Origin: Octopus sinensis
Lineage: Eukaryota
NCBI RefSeq assembly: GCF_006345805.1
Contig: NC_043001.1
Span: 41,912,001 to 41,976,000 of the forward strand
Reading direction: 5' to 3'
DNA length: 64,000 nt
The notes under the pieces are model-generated. The model was not told the DNA's origin, made no database searches, and saw nothing but the letters and a program-made list of their open reading frames with translations. Position 1 is the first letter of the stretch; each line of letters starts with the position of its first letter. A program made the position numbers and the translations under genes. This document shows positions 1 through 14,074 of the stretch, one piece after another.

Positions 1-262
1 TTGTATTTTCCACCTTTAAAAACATTGCAACACCTGCACTAAATACACTGAAGCTATTTTTTGCACCTACAAGTTGTCTGAAACCTGTTCTCTACATGGT
101 TTGCCAATATTGGAAAATCAAAGTTTTTAGCTTGTGCAATACTATCCCAAATTATCCACTCTAGACACAAATTTAGGAAGTACCAAACTGGCGCTAGTTA
201 ACATTTGGAACCATTGCATCACTACCTCTCTTCTCCATACCATTTGCTTAAGTTTACATATA

Positions 263-848
263 CCATAAAAAGCCATGTAATTTAACACAAAAATAAAATT
301 TAGGAGTACGTAAATTACATGAACAAATTTTTTGGGGCCTTTTTTTCTTTTTTTTTTCATAAAGATTTACAAAACAAACATTTGTACCAAAAGTTGACTC
401 ATTTAATGTCAGAGTAGGTTTTTACAGAAAAAATAAGGGCTTAAATATAATGAAGCTGACTTTATTTATGTTGGGTGGTATAATGCTTCCTTTTTCTCTA
501 TAAATTTACTAAAACCATTACATTGCTGGTAATCACATTCCTCAGTCAAACAGTCCAACCCATGCCAGCATGGAAAGTGGAGGTTAAATGATGTTGATGA
601 TTTCCTATGATAGTGATTTGAGAAGGCATACAACAGTATGCTAAAGATCAGACTTAGTCTCTTGACAAGAAATGTAAAATAAAGTTTAATAATATCTAAT
701 CATAAGTGAAATTATGCTAAATACAAATAAATTGAAAACCTTTTCTCCCTGGCCGGCAATTCTGAAAACTTTTGGGTGTGAATTTTACATATCCTAAAAA
801 TCACCTGCATAAATTACACAGGTATGCAAATTACATGAGTTTTTACAG
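263..848. mobile_element. TA-flanked non-autonomous DNA transposon (Tc1/mariner-pogo/Tc2-like MITE), copy 1
   Basis: TA at 261-262 and 849-850. Ends ccataaaaagccatgtaattt / aaattacatgagtttttacag are imperfect inverted repeats. Both arms match the copy at 42347-43870. Confidence 0.65.
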
Positions 849-959
849 TAAAACCTTTGGTGATTGCCCTCGAATTTGGCTGCTTTTTGCCTTTGTATTT
901 GTATGTACACACAAAACATGATGCATTCACTTATTAATCATATAAAATCCAACCAATGT

Positions 960-1325
960 CACTGCTGAATATACCATGTTTCTGGGTTTGGTCTTACTGT
1001 ATAACAACCTTGGGCAAGTGTCATTAGCTATAGTCTTGGGTTGACCAAACACCTATGGTTAGATTTAAGAGATAGAAACTGAAAGAAGCTCATTGTGCAT
1101 GTGTTTCATTGTCTTGACATTACCTGATGGTTGTAAATGTCATCATCATAAAAATGGTGTGCTTTGTTTCCAACTACCTGTGAAAATATGTCCCACCATA
1201 AGGAAAACCTATGCTTGCAAACAGGTGTGGTTTGATGACAGGATATGCATCCAGCCATAGAAAATCTGCTTCATTGAATTGTTTGACCTATGCAAGCATG
1301 GAATAGTGGTTATAGATATAATGAT
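960..1325 (+). mobile_element. tRNA-derived CORE-like SINE with RTE-type 3' tail
   Basis: accttgggcaagtgtc CORE-like segment; ends gacctatgcaagcatggaatagtgg...atgatg, resembling the RTE LINE 3' end at 54600-54655. Confidence 0.6.
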
Positions 1326-1929
1326 GTGGCAATTATTTACCTATATTTTTGCATGATTCTTCTTTTTTAAATTTTGCCTTTTTTATTTTGTATGTTCTAG
1401 GTTCTTCATATTCATAATGTTTTTGCTTTGTGATGTTCTGTCTTTCATATGGCCTTGCGTAAGCTATTATGTTAATTACTGAGTTTTATTATATTTGGTA
1501 GGAAATTTGTACAACCTCTTCAGATATCTTTGGTTTTCATAGCTTTTTATCTTTTTTTTATTGGTTGTTGTTTGTCTTCCTCTGACATTTGTCTTTCCTT
1601 ATCTGTTTTAAAACTGAAGTAACTTGATGTTTAAAAAATCAAAGCTCACCAAATAGGTTTTTTTTCTTTTCTTTCCCTGTATGGAAAAAAGACTTAAGAA
1701 CTTATCCCTTTCCCCTCACTTTGAGAATAAGTGAAAGTGAAGATCAATGTTAAAAATTGAAACAAAAAATTAACCCTATCTCAGAACTTGTTTTGGTAAG
1801 TTGTGTGAAAGGACTGAGTGTAATATTGAAGTGAATTTACTCTAGATGTAATTGTGGATGTGTGTGTATATACATACGATGAAATATATATGTGTGTGTA
1901 TATATATATATATATATTTATATATAATG

Positions 1930-2235
1930 ATTAAGTATTTGACTATGGCCATATTGGCATCACCTTGAAGGGTGGAATCGACCCCAGAACTTTTTTTGAA
2001 GCCTGCTGAGCCACTAAGTTACAGGGATGTAAACACACTAACACCAGTTGTCAAGTATTAATGAGACAAAGACAGATATATATATATACACATATATACA
2101 ACTGGCTTCTTCCAGTTTCTGTCTACCAAATCCACTTACAAGTCTATGGTAGAAGACATTCGTCCAAGGTGCCATGCAGTGGCACTGAGCCTGGAACCAT
2201 GAGGTTGGGAAGTAAGCTTCTTATTACACATACAC
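1930..2235 (-). mobile_element. tRNA-derived SINE (family A), degenerate
   Basis: Reverse-complement match to the copies at 45818-46204 and 56941-57345. Confidence 0.7.
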
Positions 2236-2829
2236 TGATTTGAGATTGATTCACAGAATTCTGTGGCTATCATGGTAATCTCTTATGAACTCAGCAGTCC
2301 ACCATAATTAATTACAGAGTAGTGTTATATAAATGTCCATGTAACAGAAAATCCAAGAGACAAGTTCACTTCAAAACCATGTGGTTTGAGTTGGATTTCC
2401 TTGTGTAGCACTTAGGCAAATCACTCATAAGTTTTTTTGCATGAAGTCATAGAAACAAACTAATTTTCATAGCTTCTTGCAGTCCATCAAAACTTTGTGG
2501 ACAGAAATTGTCTTCACATTGACACCACTTGAGCAATAGTTTTTCTTGTAAACCAGTGGCATATAAAAAATGCCTAGAAAAAATGAGTTGGCAACAAGAT
2601 GAAGTATGTCAATGAAGAGGAAGGAAACCAGGTCTGTGTAACTAAAGTTGCATGTTAGAACGACTTCTGCAAGGGACATAACTTGCAATATTAGCCAACA
2701 ATTGTGTTGAGTTGGTCAGAGTACAGTTGGGATATAGAAAAATATAGAGGGACTATGTAACTTGAATTTACATTTTACAAAATGCACAAATATAAAATAC
2801 TTGCTGTTATCAAAATGCTCTGCTGCATT

Positions 2830-3990
2830 TGGGCCTCTGTAGTGATGTTGAGTGCGCAGTCATCTGCAGAGTCATGCACAGAATTCTCTCCCACTTTGGT
2901 GTTGGCTTGTAGCCTCCTGTCTCGAGTGCTACACGTCCTGAATGTGATCTTGATGTGGTTTTGCTACTGCAGAAAACATCGAATAACACAACTGAAAACA
3001 GCATAGTTGTGAATACACAGTCCTGCTTGACTTTGTTAGTGACTGGGAACACATTGGGAGAATCACCACTGCCCAATACTCAGGTGGGCATGCCATCATG
3101 GAACTGTCACACCATGCTAATGAATTCATCAAGCTGCAGAACTTTTAACATGATCTTCCAAATGCCCTCACAGCTGGTCTCAGAGGCCTTGGTCAAGTCT
3201 ACAAACGTGTATTGGTCTCTATTCTGTTTCTGGCACTTCTGAAATTGGTGCAGAATAAAGATCATGTTGACTGTCCCACAGCTCTCTCCAACACTACACA
3301 GCCTGCAGTAATTTTGGCCTCACAATCAGTACTCAGACGTTATATATGGAGCCAACAGTCACTGTTCAAGGGGAACCCGAAAGGTTATGTACATGTGCCT
3401 TGGCAGCACACTTTCCAGATCTGTGAACATTGACAATGAAGTCAACATGCACATTGCCATGGGAAACTTAGCATTCGGGTGGCTACATGAATCATTGTGA
3501 GAGAAGAGAGGCATTAGGCTAGCTACCATGTTGATTGTGTACCAAGTAGTTGTACTGTCTGTGCAAATGTATGCTTGCAAGACTTGGATGGTCCACAAAC
3601 ATCCTGTCAAAAAGCTAAACTGCCTGAGAAAGCTGTTGAAAAAGTCCTAGGCATGGAGGTCCTCTCTCGAGTTGATATACCAAATATTTACACTCTACTG
3701 AGGAGAGCGAAAGTCAAGTGGACTGGCCACTTTGTTTGAATGCCTGAAATGAAGCTCCCCAAAAGACTTTTGCAGTGAACTGGCAGGAGGCAAGTGCATG
3801 CAAGGTGGACAGAAAAGGCACTTTAAAACATACATTCATGGTTTCACTGAATAAGTTTTGGAATCGAGAGCAAAAACCCAACTTGTCTGGTGAAGCTACA
3901 CCAACAGTTCCTGACCTGCAGAGCCTTCTGAGCATGCAACAAACGGATCAGTCACAGCCGAACACACTGAGCCCCATTGTCTTCTGTGAT
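2830..3990 (+). mobile_element. RTE/BovB-like LINE fragment (RT C-terminal part), frameshifted
   Basis: Broken frames give LGSTLSRSVNIDNEVNMHIA..RGIRLATMLIVYQVVVLSVQMYACKTW and KWTGHFV*MPEMKLPK..GGQKRHFK, typical of the RTE ORF2 C-terminus. Confidence 0.8.
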
Positions 3991-4667
3991 GTTCTTGATT
4001 GTTGTCAATGATGAACGAACTAATAATGTGTTGTTCCAACTCAATTGCATTGCACATATTCTTAGTAGGTAGAAGCTTGCAAAATTTTCTGTTACTACAC
4101 TCCCAAATAGTCTATTCTGAGTTTACAGTATAAGATTTTGTCATAAAATAATTCTTTGAGATATTTTGTGGCTTGACAAGAAATCTCAGATGCAGCTATT
4201 TATTTGCATTGTGGTACATTGATATCTCAGAATTTATCTATTGATTTACAGTGATTGCTGGATCTTAACTAGTGCCTATTACATAAAATTCTTGAGCATG
4301 TTTTTTATTTTGTTGGTAAATTAACCCTTAGATAGGAAAGTGGTTGCATTATCAGAATTATCTTTCTTACAAATAATTTTCATGCTTATTTTTAAATAAG
4401 TAAAACAACTATGAAAATTTATGATCTTATTCTCAAAAAGTCGCAAAATATTCACTTTGCATTCCCCATGTGAGTGTAAATTCATTTGATTCTCATGTTA
4501 AACAAAAGTACAAATGTAGAAAAATCAGTTTATTTTTTCTGTGCTATCTGGAACATCATCTTCATTGTTGTATATTTCGTTTGACTTCATTGTTCCAGTC
4601 ACAAACTGGAGTTTGATGCTGCCTTGTTATTGAAATAGTTCCTACAGTACATTTTCATATTTTTCAG

Positions 4668-4829
4668 AGAAACTATAGCTCGTGTGACGGGTGGAATGAA
4701 GGTCAAGGCTGATCGAGATGAAGCTTCCCCTTACGCTGCAATGTTGGCTGCACAAGAAGTAGCAGAAAGGTGCAAAACAGTTGGAATTACAGCTCTTCAT
4801 ATTCGCCTTAGAGCTACAGGAGGCAACAA
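4668..4829 (+). CDS. RPS14: 40S ribosomal protein S14 (uS11), internal coding exon (162 nt)
   Basis: ttttcag acceptor and gtgagt donor. Translates [53 protein letters not shown], the diagnostic uS11 sequence. Confidence 0.98.
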
Positions 4830-5838
4830 GTGAGTAGATCATACGGATTGTTTCCTTGTGGAATTTTTTTATGTATTGTAAAGGATGCAGATTTGCAGCC
4901 TAAACAGCATTAAATTGAAGGAAAAGAAAATTGTTTAGTTGTGTGTGTCTATGTATGATAAAAAAAAATTGTTTGGTTCAAGAAGTCTTGGGGTTCAATT
5001 CCAATGTGCAGCTTTTGGTCAGGTTTCACAGAGATTGGAGTTGACCCAACCCTTGTGAGCGGAAATGGTTAACTGAAAACAGTTTGGCAATGGTTGAATT
5101 GCATTTGTTCAAAGGCTGTCGTGGCTCACTATCATGCTAATTCTGCTTGTGAGTTGCATTTAGAATACCCAGTCACTTAGACAGTCAGTTTCATAAGCAG
5201 GTAGATAGTTCAGTACTCAAACAAATGATTACTTGATATATTGCAATTGCTTATATTAATATTGGTTCTAGAGTACTGAATGTAATGGTTAGAATTATTA
5301 TTCTTGCATAGTTGTTTGTCTTGATGCTTTCTCCACTAATTAACTTAAATTCACGAATGCTATCTTGCAAATAAATTCGCTATCTCTGACTGTTCACTAT
5401 GTAAGCTTGCTGTTCTAACTAGTAGATAGAATCTATGCTTTTTGACATGTCATGAATAGCAGGCTATATGTGAAGCTAGAGAGGGAATAACTATTTTCAG
5501 TGGTATCTGGTGTAAATACTTTTAATGCGATATTGAATTTTAAGTTATTTTATATATATATACACACACACACGTGTAATCAAAAGGAGTGATATAAAAT
5601 GTATACAATATAGTAGAAATTAATTTTAGTGGTAAAAGTATTATGTACTTCAAAGACAATGTATGTTTGAAAACTATGCATTAATTTACCATTGGGAATT
5701 TATGCCATGTGTGACAGATCTTAAGCCAATACATGCATAACAATGTTAGATCAAGTTTGATGTTATTAAATTGTGTTGTAAACATTTTCAAGATGGTGTG
5801 ATTCATTGTAACAAATTGCATTCTCATAATTATTTCAG

Positions 5839-5915
5839 AACTAAGACTCCAGGCCCTGGAGCTCAGTCAGCTCTCCGAGCTTTGGCTCGTTCTGGTATGA
5901 AGATAGGACGTATTG
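5839..5915 (+). CDS. RPS14: RPS14 coding exon (77 nt)
   Basis: tatttcag acceptor and gtaagt donor. Translates (K)[25 protein letters not shown], in phase with the previous exon. Confidence 0.98.
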
Positions 5916-6264
5916 GTAAGTAGTATTTGTATATTTTGTTAATTTCTCAATTTATAATTGGAAAAGATTAAATATTGTCCATGGCAGTTTATTTACAGTC
6001 TTTCTGTTGGAAACTATTTTAGAGGTAATAATAATCAATCTAATTTGGATACTTTGCTAAAATAAGTTGTAAACAGGTCTTTGTTCAGAGTCAATAGAAA
6101 AGTTAATAATCTGTCGTAGATTTTCATTGTTCCTTAACATAGATTTTCATTTCATTGAATGAATAACTGCCAGGAGTATACTGAGATGAATTCCACCTTA
6201 CACATTGCAAATGTGTTTTGAAATTAATTAAAGGTGGTTTGTCCCTAGTTCTGTGAGGAATTAA

Positions 6265-6420
<156 letters not shown>

Positions 6421-6427
6421 ATGTTTA

Positions 6428-6470
6428 ATTAAAGCTCCACTGACAATTATCCATTGTTTTGTTTTTATTT
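6428..6470 (+). terminator. Probable RPS14 polyadenylation signal (ATTAAA) with downstream GU/U-rich element
   Basis: ATTAAA at 6428-6433 just after the stop, followed by ttgttttgtttttattt. Short 3' UTRs are typical of ribosomal protein mRNAs. Confidence 0.55.
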
Positions 6471-7099
6471 ATTGTGCAAATGTATCTTTATGACGAGGTG
6501 TGCTTTTCTTGGTCACAGCATTTTATGCAGTTGGAGTGTCTGTCTTAAGAATCTAAACTATTTTCTCCAACTGCTTGGTAATAGGTTCTTTAGAATTCTT
6601 AGTGCTAAATTCTTCTGGCTAATTTTATGGTAATTTTCAGGACCATGTTTTTAATACAATACTCCTTTTTGCCTATAATTGATTATGGGAATGAAGAATT
6701 CAGACGATTTAGTCAAATAACTTATTGGTGATTCTAAAAAGAATTGCTTGAACATGAATAATTCTGATGAAATTCAGGCAACTATTGCTCTATGAAACAT
6801 TATGGAAGAAAACTTAATGTGAAACCAAATCTTAAGGGACTGTAGTAGTAACAGTACTGTCCCCTGGCTTAATCAATGCGTATTTGTACAGTATCTTATT
6901 TCCAACATAAAATAATGCACAGCATTATTTTACATTCAAAGTTTGTGGTAGCGTTGCTTGGCCATTTTTTTCAAATGTTTTGATAGTCAGTGATAGACCA
7001 ACTTAGTTGTATTGCTATGGTGTGTGGGAGGCATATGCCACAGAAGCTTAAAACAAGACCATATTAGGGTGAATAGGTAGGCCAGTTATAAAACACTTG

Positions 7100-7245
7100 T
7101 ACTAAATAGCGTATTGCGTTAATATTTTCATATAAAATTTGAAGTTTCGCCAAGATTTTCCAGGATGCAGAGGGGCTGGCACAGGACTACTAGCAATGGA
7201 AAGCACTGATGGACCTGGCTGGCTCTACACATGTCTCTGGGACCA
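7100..7245 (+). mobile_element. Possible RTE LINE 3'-end remnant
   Basis: Reads FQDAEGLAQDY*QWKALMD, resembling the terminal 'AQDR..WR' motif of RTE ORF2. Confidence 0.4.
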
Positions 7246-10200
7246 CTATCCTGGAATGGCCTCCACCAAGCAAGGGAACTTATAAACCCATATTAACGAA
7301 AATTCCCATTGATCTTACCTCACTATTTAAGTCCACTGCATAGATTATACCCTTTTATTTAGTAAACCTAAAATTTGTAAGGGCCACGAACTTATATCCT
7401 GATTGTTTTTCTCCTCTTCATTCGATATAATAATTTTAAAAAATCTAGAATTTTTCTTCCTGTGATAACTTCCAATATCATTGGTTGCTATTTTTATTTA
7501 ATTAGTACTGAAAAATATAGAAATTTTATAAGGGCTTGATGATGTACAAAGTAAATCAATCAGCTTAAGTTGCAACTCAAAAAAATGTACTGTCCACATT
7601 CAAATCTTTACGATTTAAAATAAACTTAACTAAATGTTAAATTTTTGAAGTATTTATCTGTGTATCATCACATGAAATACCTTGGTGGTAGAAAATTGTT
7701 AGAACTGCAATGTTTTCAAATTAGACATGTCTGTTTAATTTGCATGATATGCAGTTACATTTTCTACAAACGTTATTGTTAGTATTGAAATAAAAAAAAG
7801 TTACAAATACGAAATTAACACTGGATTTATTGATATGATTTTCAGTAATTGAGATATTCTAGGCTCATTAAAATAGATTTTGTGTTGATATACTGATTCA
7901 AAAATTGACTCAGTTCTTTTGTTTTATGAAAGGTGTGTTTATACTGCAAATTAGAATTATTTTTATAAATGAGATGAAGTGTATACAAAAGAAAAATAAA
8001 GGGAAGTCTATCTGAATTAGGTTGTTTCAAGGGTGTGTGTAGTTTCTTTTTAGAGCAGAGATTTAGTATGGAACATTATTGATATCAAATATATATATTA
8101 CACACACTACATGTTCTATTCATGTATTCTTTGCAATCTGCATCATGAGCCTGCATAAATATTAGAAATATGGTCATAATAATTTTCTGAGATTGGTTGT
8201 TTCTTGTTACATATGTGTAGTCATTGTGCAAGTATTGAAGATTTCATAAGTCATCTGCTCGAAGTCGTAATCAGCGCTGTGGGTCAATGTGCTGGAATAT
8301 GTAAGACAGTAGTTGATGGATTATTAGCAGCATTAAAATGTATCAACAGATTATAAATCCTGATAAAAGCTTTTAAATAATGGGTTAGGATTTACTCTCA
8401 GGTTTCAGATAAGGATATATAGCAAAGGGTGTGATTTCATAAGCAGGGATAAATATAAACTAAACAATAAGCTAGTGTTGCTTTCTATTATTTACAAATA
8501 CAAATGTTAGGGATTGAAATTAAACTCATTGGAAACATTGGAGGGGTGTTTATATTTTGGTTGGTTTAATTTCTGTTCATGATTGAGAGACTTGAATTGA
8601 ATTTGGATTTACTTTATGCAGAGATCCAGTGTTCTTATTTACCCATTAAAGCTATGCATATGGCATTTCACAATGATTAGAGACGAAACTTGGGAAAAGT
8701 TTCACTATTAATTGAAATGAGCTATTTAGTCTGTCCACAAGGAAATGTTGAAGATTTTGAGTACTTTGCCCATGGTGTCTAAATATAGTTATTTTTCCAA
8801 CAACTATTAGTATGGATGATTGTAATTACAAGTGAAGATTTGATCTTGCTGTGGCATTTTGGACATCTTTTACCAGAGCTTAAAGTTGACCTAAGCTTTG
8901 TAAAGATGGGTAGGCAAAAACCGAAAATCTGTTTGATGAATTGTACTTCTAATTCAAGAGTCCAGCCTTCTCATGCACTTGCTGTTTGAGGATTGTGTAT
9001 CGGATATCTCACTATTTAATTTCTTGGGATATTTTTTTTCTTAGGAACATAGAATGAAATGGAAGTTTTAATTTAGATCACTTTAAAACTAGAAGTTTGT
9101 ATTATAGAACCAAGGGTAGTCTCATGCAGGTTAATATCAGTTTTAAAAAATTTTTCTAAAAGCAGTTAAATAACCAATTAGATCACAATGTCATCTGAGA
9201 ACATTCCAACTGAATGTTTGCCTAATTTAAAAACCTGACATTTGTAGCTTGTATAGAATTAAGTTGCGACTGGAATTATGTTTACTAAAAGGTATACATA
9301 CCACTTGCTTCTAAAAACATTACTCCTTTAAAAAGCACTACAATTTGTCTACTAGGAATACAATAATTAGCTGATGTCTTGTCAGCAGGTTTGTATGTAA
9401 AAAAAACAATACATAATGGTTTTCTTTATAAGCATAACACCCCAGGAGGGAAATTGTCACTGAAATATATTTGAGAGTTAGGAACCATCATCCAAATAAA
9501 TGAGGTGGTTCCAATCAGGTCGTTAATTCAATCTGAGAACTTACCACTGAGCAATGTACACACAAATGATACACTTTCAATATTATGAATAGGTATTAAG
9601 CTTAAGTTCAGTATTAATTTACTTTTTATTTTGTGACTGAATTTTATCTTTTTCAGTGCAAAAAAAGAAACGAATTGTAAATTAAATTTAAACAATATAA
9701 CAATGATAATGCTTAGGTAATTGGAATAAATGACTACAGACCCTGAATCAATGTTCTGTAAGCTTCTTAATTACATCTTTGTGCAACATAATTAACTTAT
9801 GACAAGAGTAAAATTAAGTTCCTAAACCACTAATTAACCTTGTCAGTATTATATATATATATATATTTGAGAAAACAAATTGGAATTCTGTATCAGAAAA
9901 AAGGTTGGAAATAGTAAAAGATGTATTTTAGTTATAACACACTTGCATATAAGAAACAAGCCACAAAATTGTGTTGGGTACATTATTATGTTAGTTCTCT
10001 CATGTAGAAAGATTTGCAAATATGTTAACCATGTTGAACATGGATCAATATAAAGGAAATAGAAAGACAGACACAAATCAGACTTACATTTTATTTACAT
10101 GACATTATACACCAACAGAAACATTTTCTGTTGGAAACTAAGCCCAGAATTTATTTCAGTCAAACTGTTTTCTACAAAGACATTGTTTGTCATTTAAATT

Positions 10201-13200
10201 TTATTTATGTTCATCTATTCAGTTCAATATAGTTATATAACAGCTTCCTTTAAATAAAACATGTCGGAGATGGGAAGAGATCAGGGCAATAAATCAAGAA
10301 ATTGTATATTAAAAGGTGTGTGTGCGTGATATCCTGCTTGCTTTGATTGTTTAGTATAAAGACTAGTTAGCATGCACCAATTCAACTTTTTATACCAGAG
10401 ATAGGACTACAGTGGCTCAACAAGCTGAGACATAGGAACAGCAAAATAGCTTGATTTTTTTGCTTTTTATACAAATTAAATGTGAGTGAGACAGTTAAAT
10501 TGCTATTTTACATAATGACCGGATTTTTTTTTTTGTTAAAGTAATTTAATATAAAAACAACAGGTGCTAAGTATCAAACTATAAAGTTCATGATCTGGCA
10601 GTGTCTGCATCTAAGGAATTAACTGAGTATCTACTTAACAGTTTAGGGTCTGTTTGAATAAAGAATAATTATAGTAATAAATTCTGTAGTTTTGATTTAA
10701 GGATGTCAAAAAATGTTGAGACATTTTATGCTAGTTATTTAACCTACAGGTTGAAATAAATTTGAAAAAAGTAATTTTTCAAAGAAAAAGTATATTCAGA
10801 TTTAAGTTTCAAATTTGAAAGGAATCTAATATATACCTTTTAATAATAAATTTCTAACCCTGATATAAGGCCACACGTTTGGCAGGAAGGTATAATCAAT
10901 TAAATTGACCACAGCTATCTTATCAATTGCTTTTTACCATTAAAGAATTTTTTCACTAACTCATGGAGTAAATTATTCAAAATGCTTGAAACATTGCTTC
11001 CAATGGCAAGCTAACGAAGAGGATAAATTATGTATTTTTATATGCCTTTTATCTCGCAGACTGAAATATACTGCCGAGAGAAAAAACAAAGTAGTTTATT
11101 TGTAATGTGTACTTTGATTTTCAGTTCATTCTGTTTACACATGCATGTGTGTGTTTCATTTAAATGTCTGTTAAAAAGTCCTCAACTGAAATTCTCTAGC
11201 TGGGAGGAAACCCCTCCTCCCATAAAAAAAAACATTTAAGTACTCTCAAAGAAAAAGGGAGATAATTGAGGAAATAAATAATCGGTGACATGCTTAAGAG
11301 AAGTCAGATTTCTGCAGGCAAATACATACACACGATATGTGTGTGTATATATAATGTCAGCTGAGCAAAGCAAGCCTGATTATGATTAGACTATACTATG
11401 TTAGGAACCAAAAACAGTTTGCATATATTTCTACATGTATCTTGTAAACAATCAGATAAATGATAATTAGAAAAAAAGTGTTACGTTCAGATATGAAAAC
11501 TACATACGGAAGAGAATAGATTAACTATTAACAACAATTAAATTCCGTTTAATCGTTGAAATTAAAAGTGGGCTCCTCTAAAATAACGAGTGACTGGCTG
11601 TAGTATTATCACTACTTTCATTATGCAACAAGAAAATGATTTTGCGTTTCAATCAAATTAAAAGACTGTACACAAAATATACGCATTTTAATTGTGCTGT
11701 GACTCGAGATAATTTTAAAATTCAACACATGCTGGTATAAAGACGTCCCACTTGCATGCAAAGAGCAGATTTTTTTTTAACCAGGCATGAAATTTTAGGA
11801 AGTTATCTCCCCTCTTCTTTAAGAGTAAGTAACAATTATTAGTATCCCTCCGCCCCCAACTAAAAACAGATTTCAAATGAGAATATTTCGATTATGACAT
11901 TTAGTACATCACTACTTATTTCTAAATTCGTCACTTTATATTATAGTTATACTCCTATTGTATCTTTAAAAAAATAAATGGAGGTGTTTTCTATTTATTT
12001 AACTATTTACTTGTATTCCACACAGCACATTTCGAGTGAGAATCAAGATACAAGTTTGAAATCATAATCAGATCAACCCTATAAGACAGCTACATGCATT
12101 AATTAAATAATTAACTTGTGATCACATGTAAATCAAAATATTTCATTCAATTTAAATAGAGGTCAAAACAGCCCTACAATTTTACAAAATTGAATTGATT
12201 TATTTAAAAAACAACCAAATTCTTCATTATTAAATGCTAACAATTAGAAAAAAATTACAAATCATTCCTCAAATGTAGAAAGTTGCTAAATAGAAAGAAG
12301 AGAATATCTGGTTTGCTGGCAAAAGGTCAACAGATTGTCTCCTACCACACTATTATTTTTGGTTGTCTCACATGTTCAAAATTAGTACTATAAAACATAG
12401 TTCTCTGCTCTGAGTTAAGGTGTCACTACTTGCAGTGGCTTCTTCAAATCTATGAACCTGGAAAAAGTAATTGTTAAACCACAGTAGCCTATCCTCTGTT
12501 AAAGAACTACATGACTAAATTTGCAATGCAACCATGATCTATTACAGCACACATGTCAAATGCACACTGTTAATTATTCCCAAAAGTAATTGAACACATC
12601 TGTTAACTAAATATACATTTAGCTAAAGTAATTCAAATGACATGCGTTCATACAGAGGTGGGGCACATGCAAAAAAAAAAAAAAGAATGTACGCTCTACA
12701 AAAATGTTTTATTCCCACACCATTATATAAAAATACTTTGTTCTTCCTGATCCCACAGATTGTAATTTTGAGAATAGAAAGTAACAAGACTAGAAAAGTT
12801 GTAGTTACTTGCAGAATTTCACACAGTGGCAGTAAATTCTTTAAGAGAAGGAAAAATTATCAGGTGTTCACTTTTTGAGAGAGTGTAGTACTTGGCTACC
12901 ACAATAAAATCTCATAAAAAGCATATGAATGCTATACAGAAAAGTCATCCCTTGAATATATGTTTTAATTGAACTGTTTTCCCTCCATGCATATTTACTT
13001 TGTGTATAACCGCTTTGAGTGACTCTTCTGGAGGTGTACTTATACATTTTGTAGAGTGGATGAGTGTGGATGTGAAACTAATATAGAAAAACTTATGTTG
13101 TGCTGTAAGTAATTTCTCAATTGTAAATAAGTATGTGAAAAAATTCTAAAAATAAGTCCCTTGAAAAGATGTGCTTGTGTTGCTAAAACTTTAAACAATG

Positions 13201-13394
13201 AAATTCTGTAAATTATTCAAATTGAGCAGCATACAGCAATGGAATGATAACAACCAATCTTCTTTTAATAGATTTTACACTCAAACAACTAAAAAACTGG
13301 ACAAGAATATTTTGTCTCATAACAAGATTTTCTTATAATGCATTTTACTCAACATAGCTTGCTTACATTTCTATATATTTTGCAAGCAATTAGC

Positions 13395-13625
13395 TAATAA
13401 TAAGAATGGTGGCACAAGGGCAGTAATTTCAGGGGAGGGGCTAAGTTGATTACATCAACCCTAGTGCTCAACTGATACTTATTTTATTGACCCCCAAAAG
13501 AATGAAAGGTAAAGTTGACCTCAGTGGAATTTGAACTCGGAATGTAAGGACATGAAATACCACTAAGCATTTTGCCTGGCGTGCTAATGATTCTGCCAGC
13601 TCATCATCTTAATGATAATAATAAT
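13395..13625 (-). mobile_element. tRNA-derived SINE (family B)
   Basis: Matches 16118-16350 and the reverse complement of 37858-38068; flanked by (AAT)n. Confidence 0.7.
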
Positions 13626-14028
13626 GATGATGTTTATATTTTAAACAAAGTGAAATTTTCAGATATAAGGTTATGCATATGAGAAATAATTGGTTAACCA
13701 TCAACAGTTAAACTCAATTTAATTGTTGAAAGTAAACTATAAGTAGTTTCCTTTAAAGTGATCAAATTGAAGCATCATCATTACTTTCATCATGGAAGTG
13801 ATTTTATGATGCAATCAAGTCAAATCAAAATATATGACAAAAAGTATGCACTTGTGCGGAGAGTTCAAAATAATTTCACAATCTAACACATGATTATGTA
13901 AAGATGATGTCAATGTAGTTTAGCTAATATGATGATTGATTGAAAGATACAGTTCTCTATCTAAGAGATGAGGAATTATGTACACTATTTACATTTGATG
14001 GATATTTGTCCTTATCTTATTTGTGGTT

Positions 14029-14074
14029 AACACAACATTTCGGTAGATATACCCACCAGCCTTCATTAGGTGTC
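14029..14074 (-). ncRNA. Degenerate minimal type I hammerhead ribozyme, inverted copy
   Basis: Minus strand GACAC CTAATGA A GGCTG-loop-CTACC GAAA TGTT GTGTT; its substitutions differ from those of the plus copy. Confidence 0.55.

Noticed and set aside
4008-4120. C/D box snoRNA (ATGATGA ... CTGA)
   Set aside because: No terminal stem and no recognisable rRNA-complementary guide; such motifs are common by chance in AT-rich DNA.
4642-4842. Minus-strand 66-aa ORF
   Set aside because: It is the antisense shadow of the RPS14 exon.
10112-10134. Short perfect hairpins with 9-10-bp arms (also 43471-43493, 51422-51446, near 42645-42664)
   Set aside because: About this many are expected by chance in 64 kb of AT-rich sequence; none has miRNA-precursor length.
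6500-11900. A third gene between RPS14 and the PSD 3' end
   Set aside because: No splice-bounded frames with recognisable protein similarity were found; absence is not proven without transcript data.
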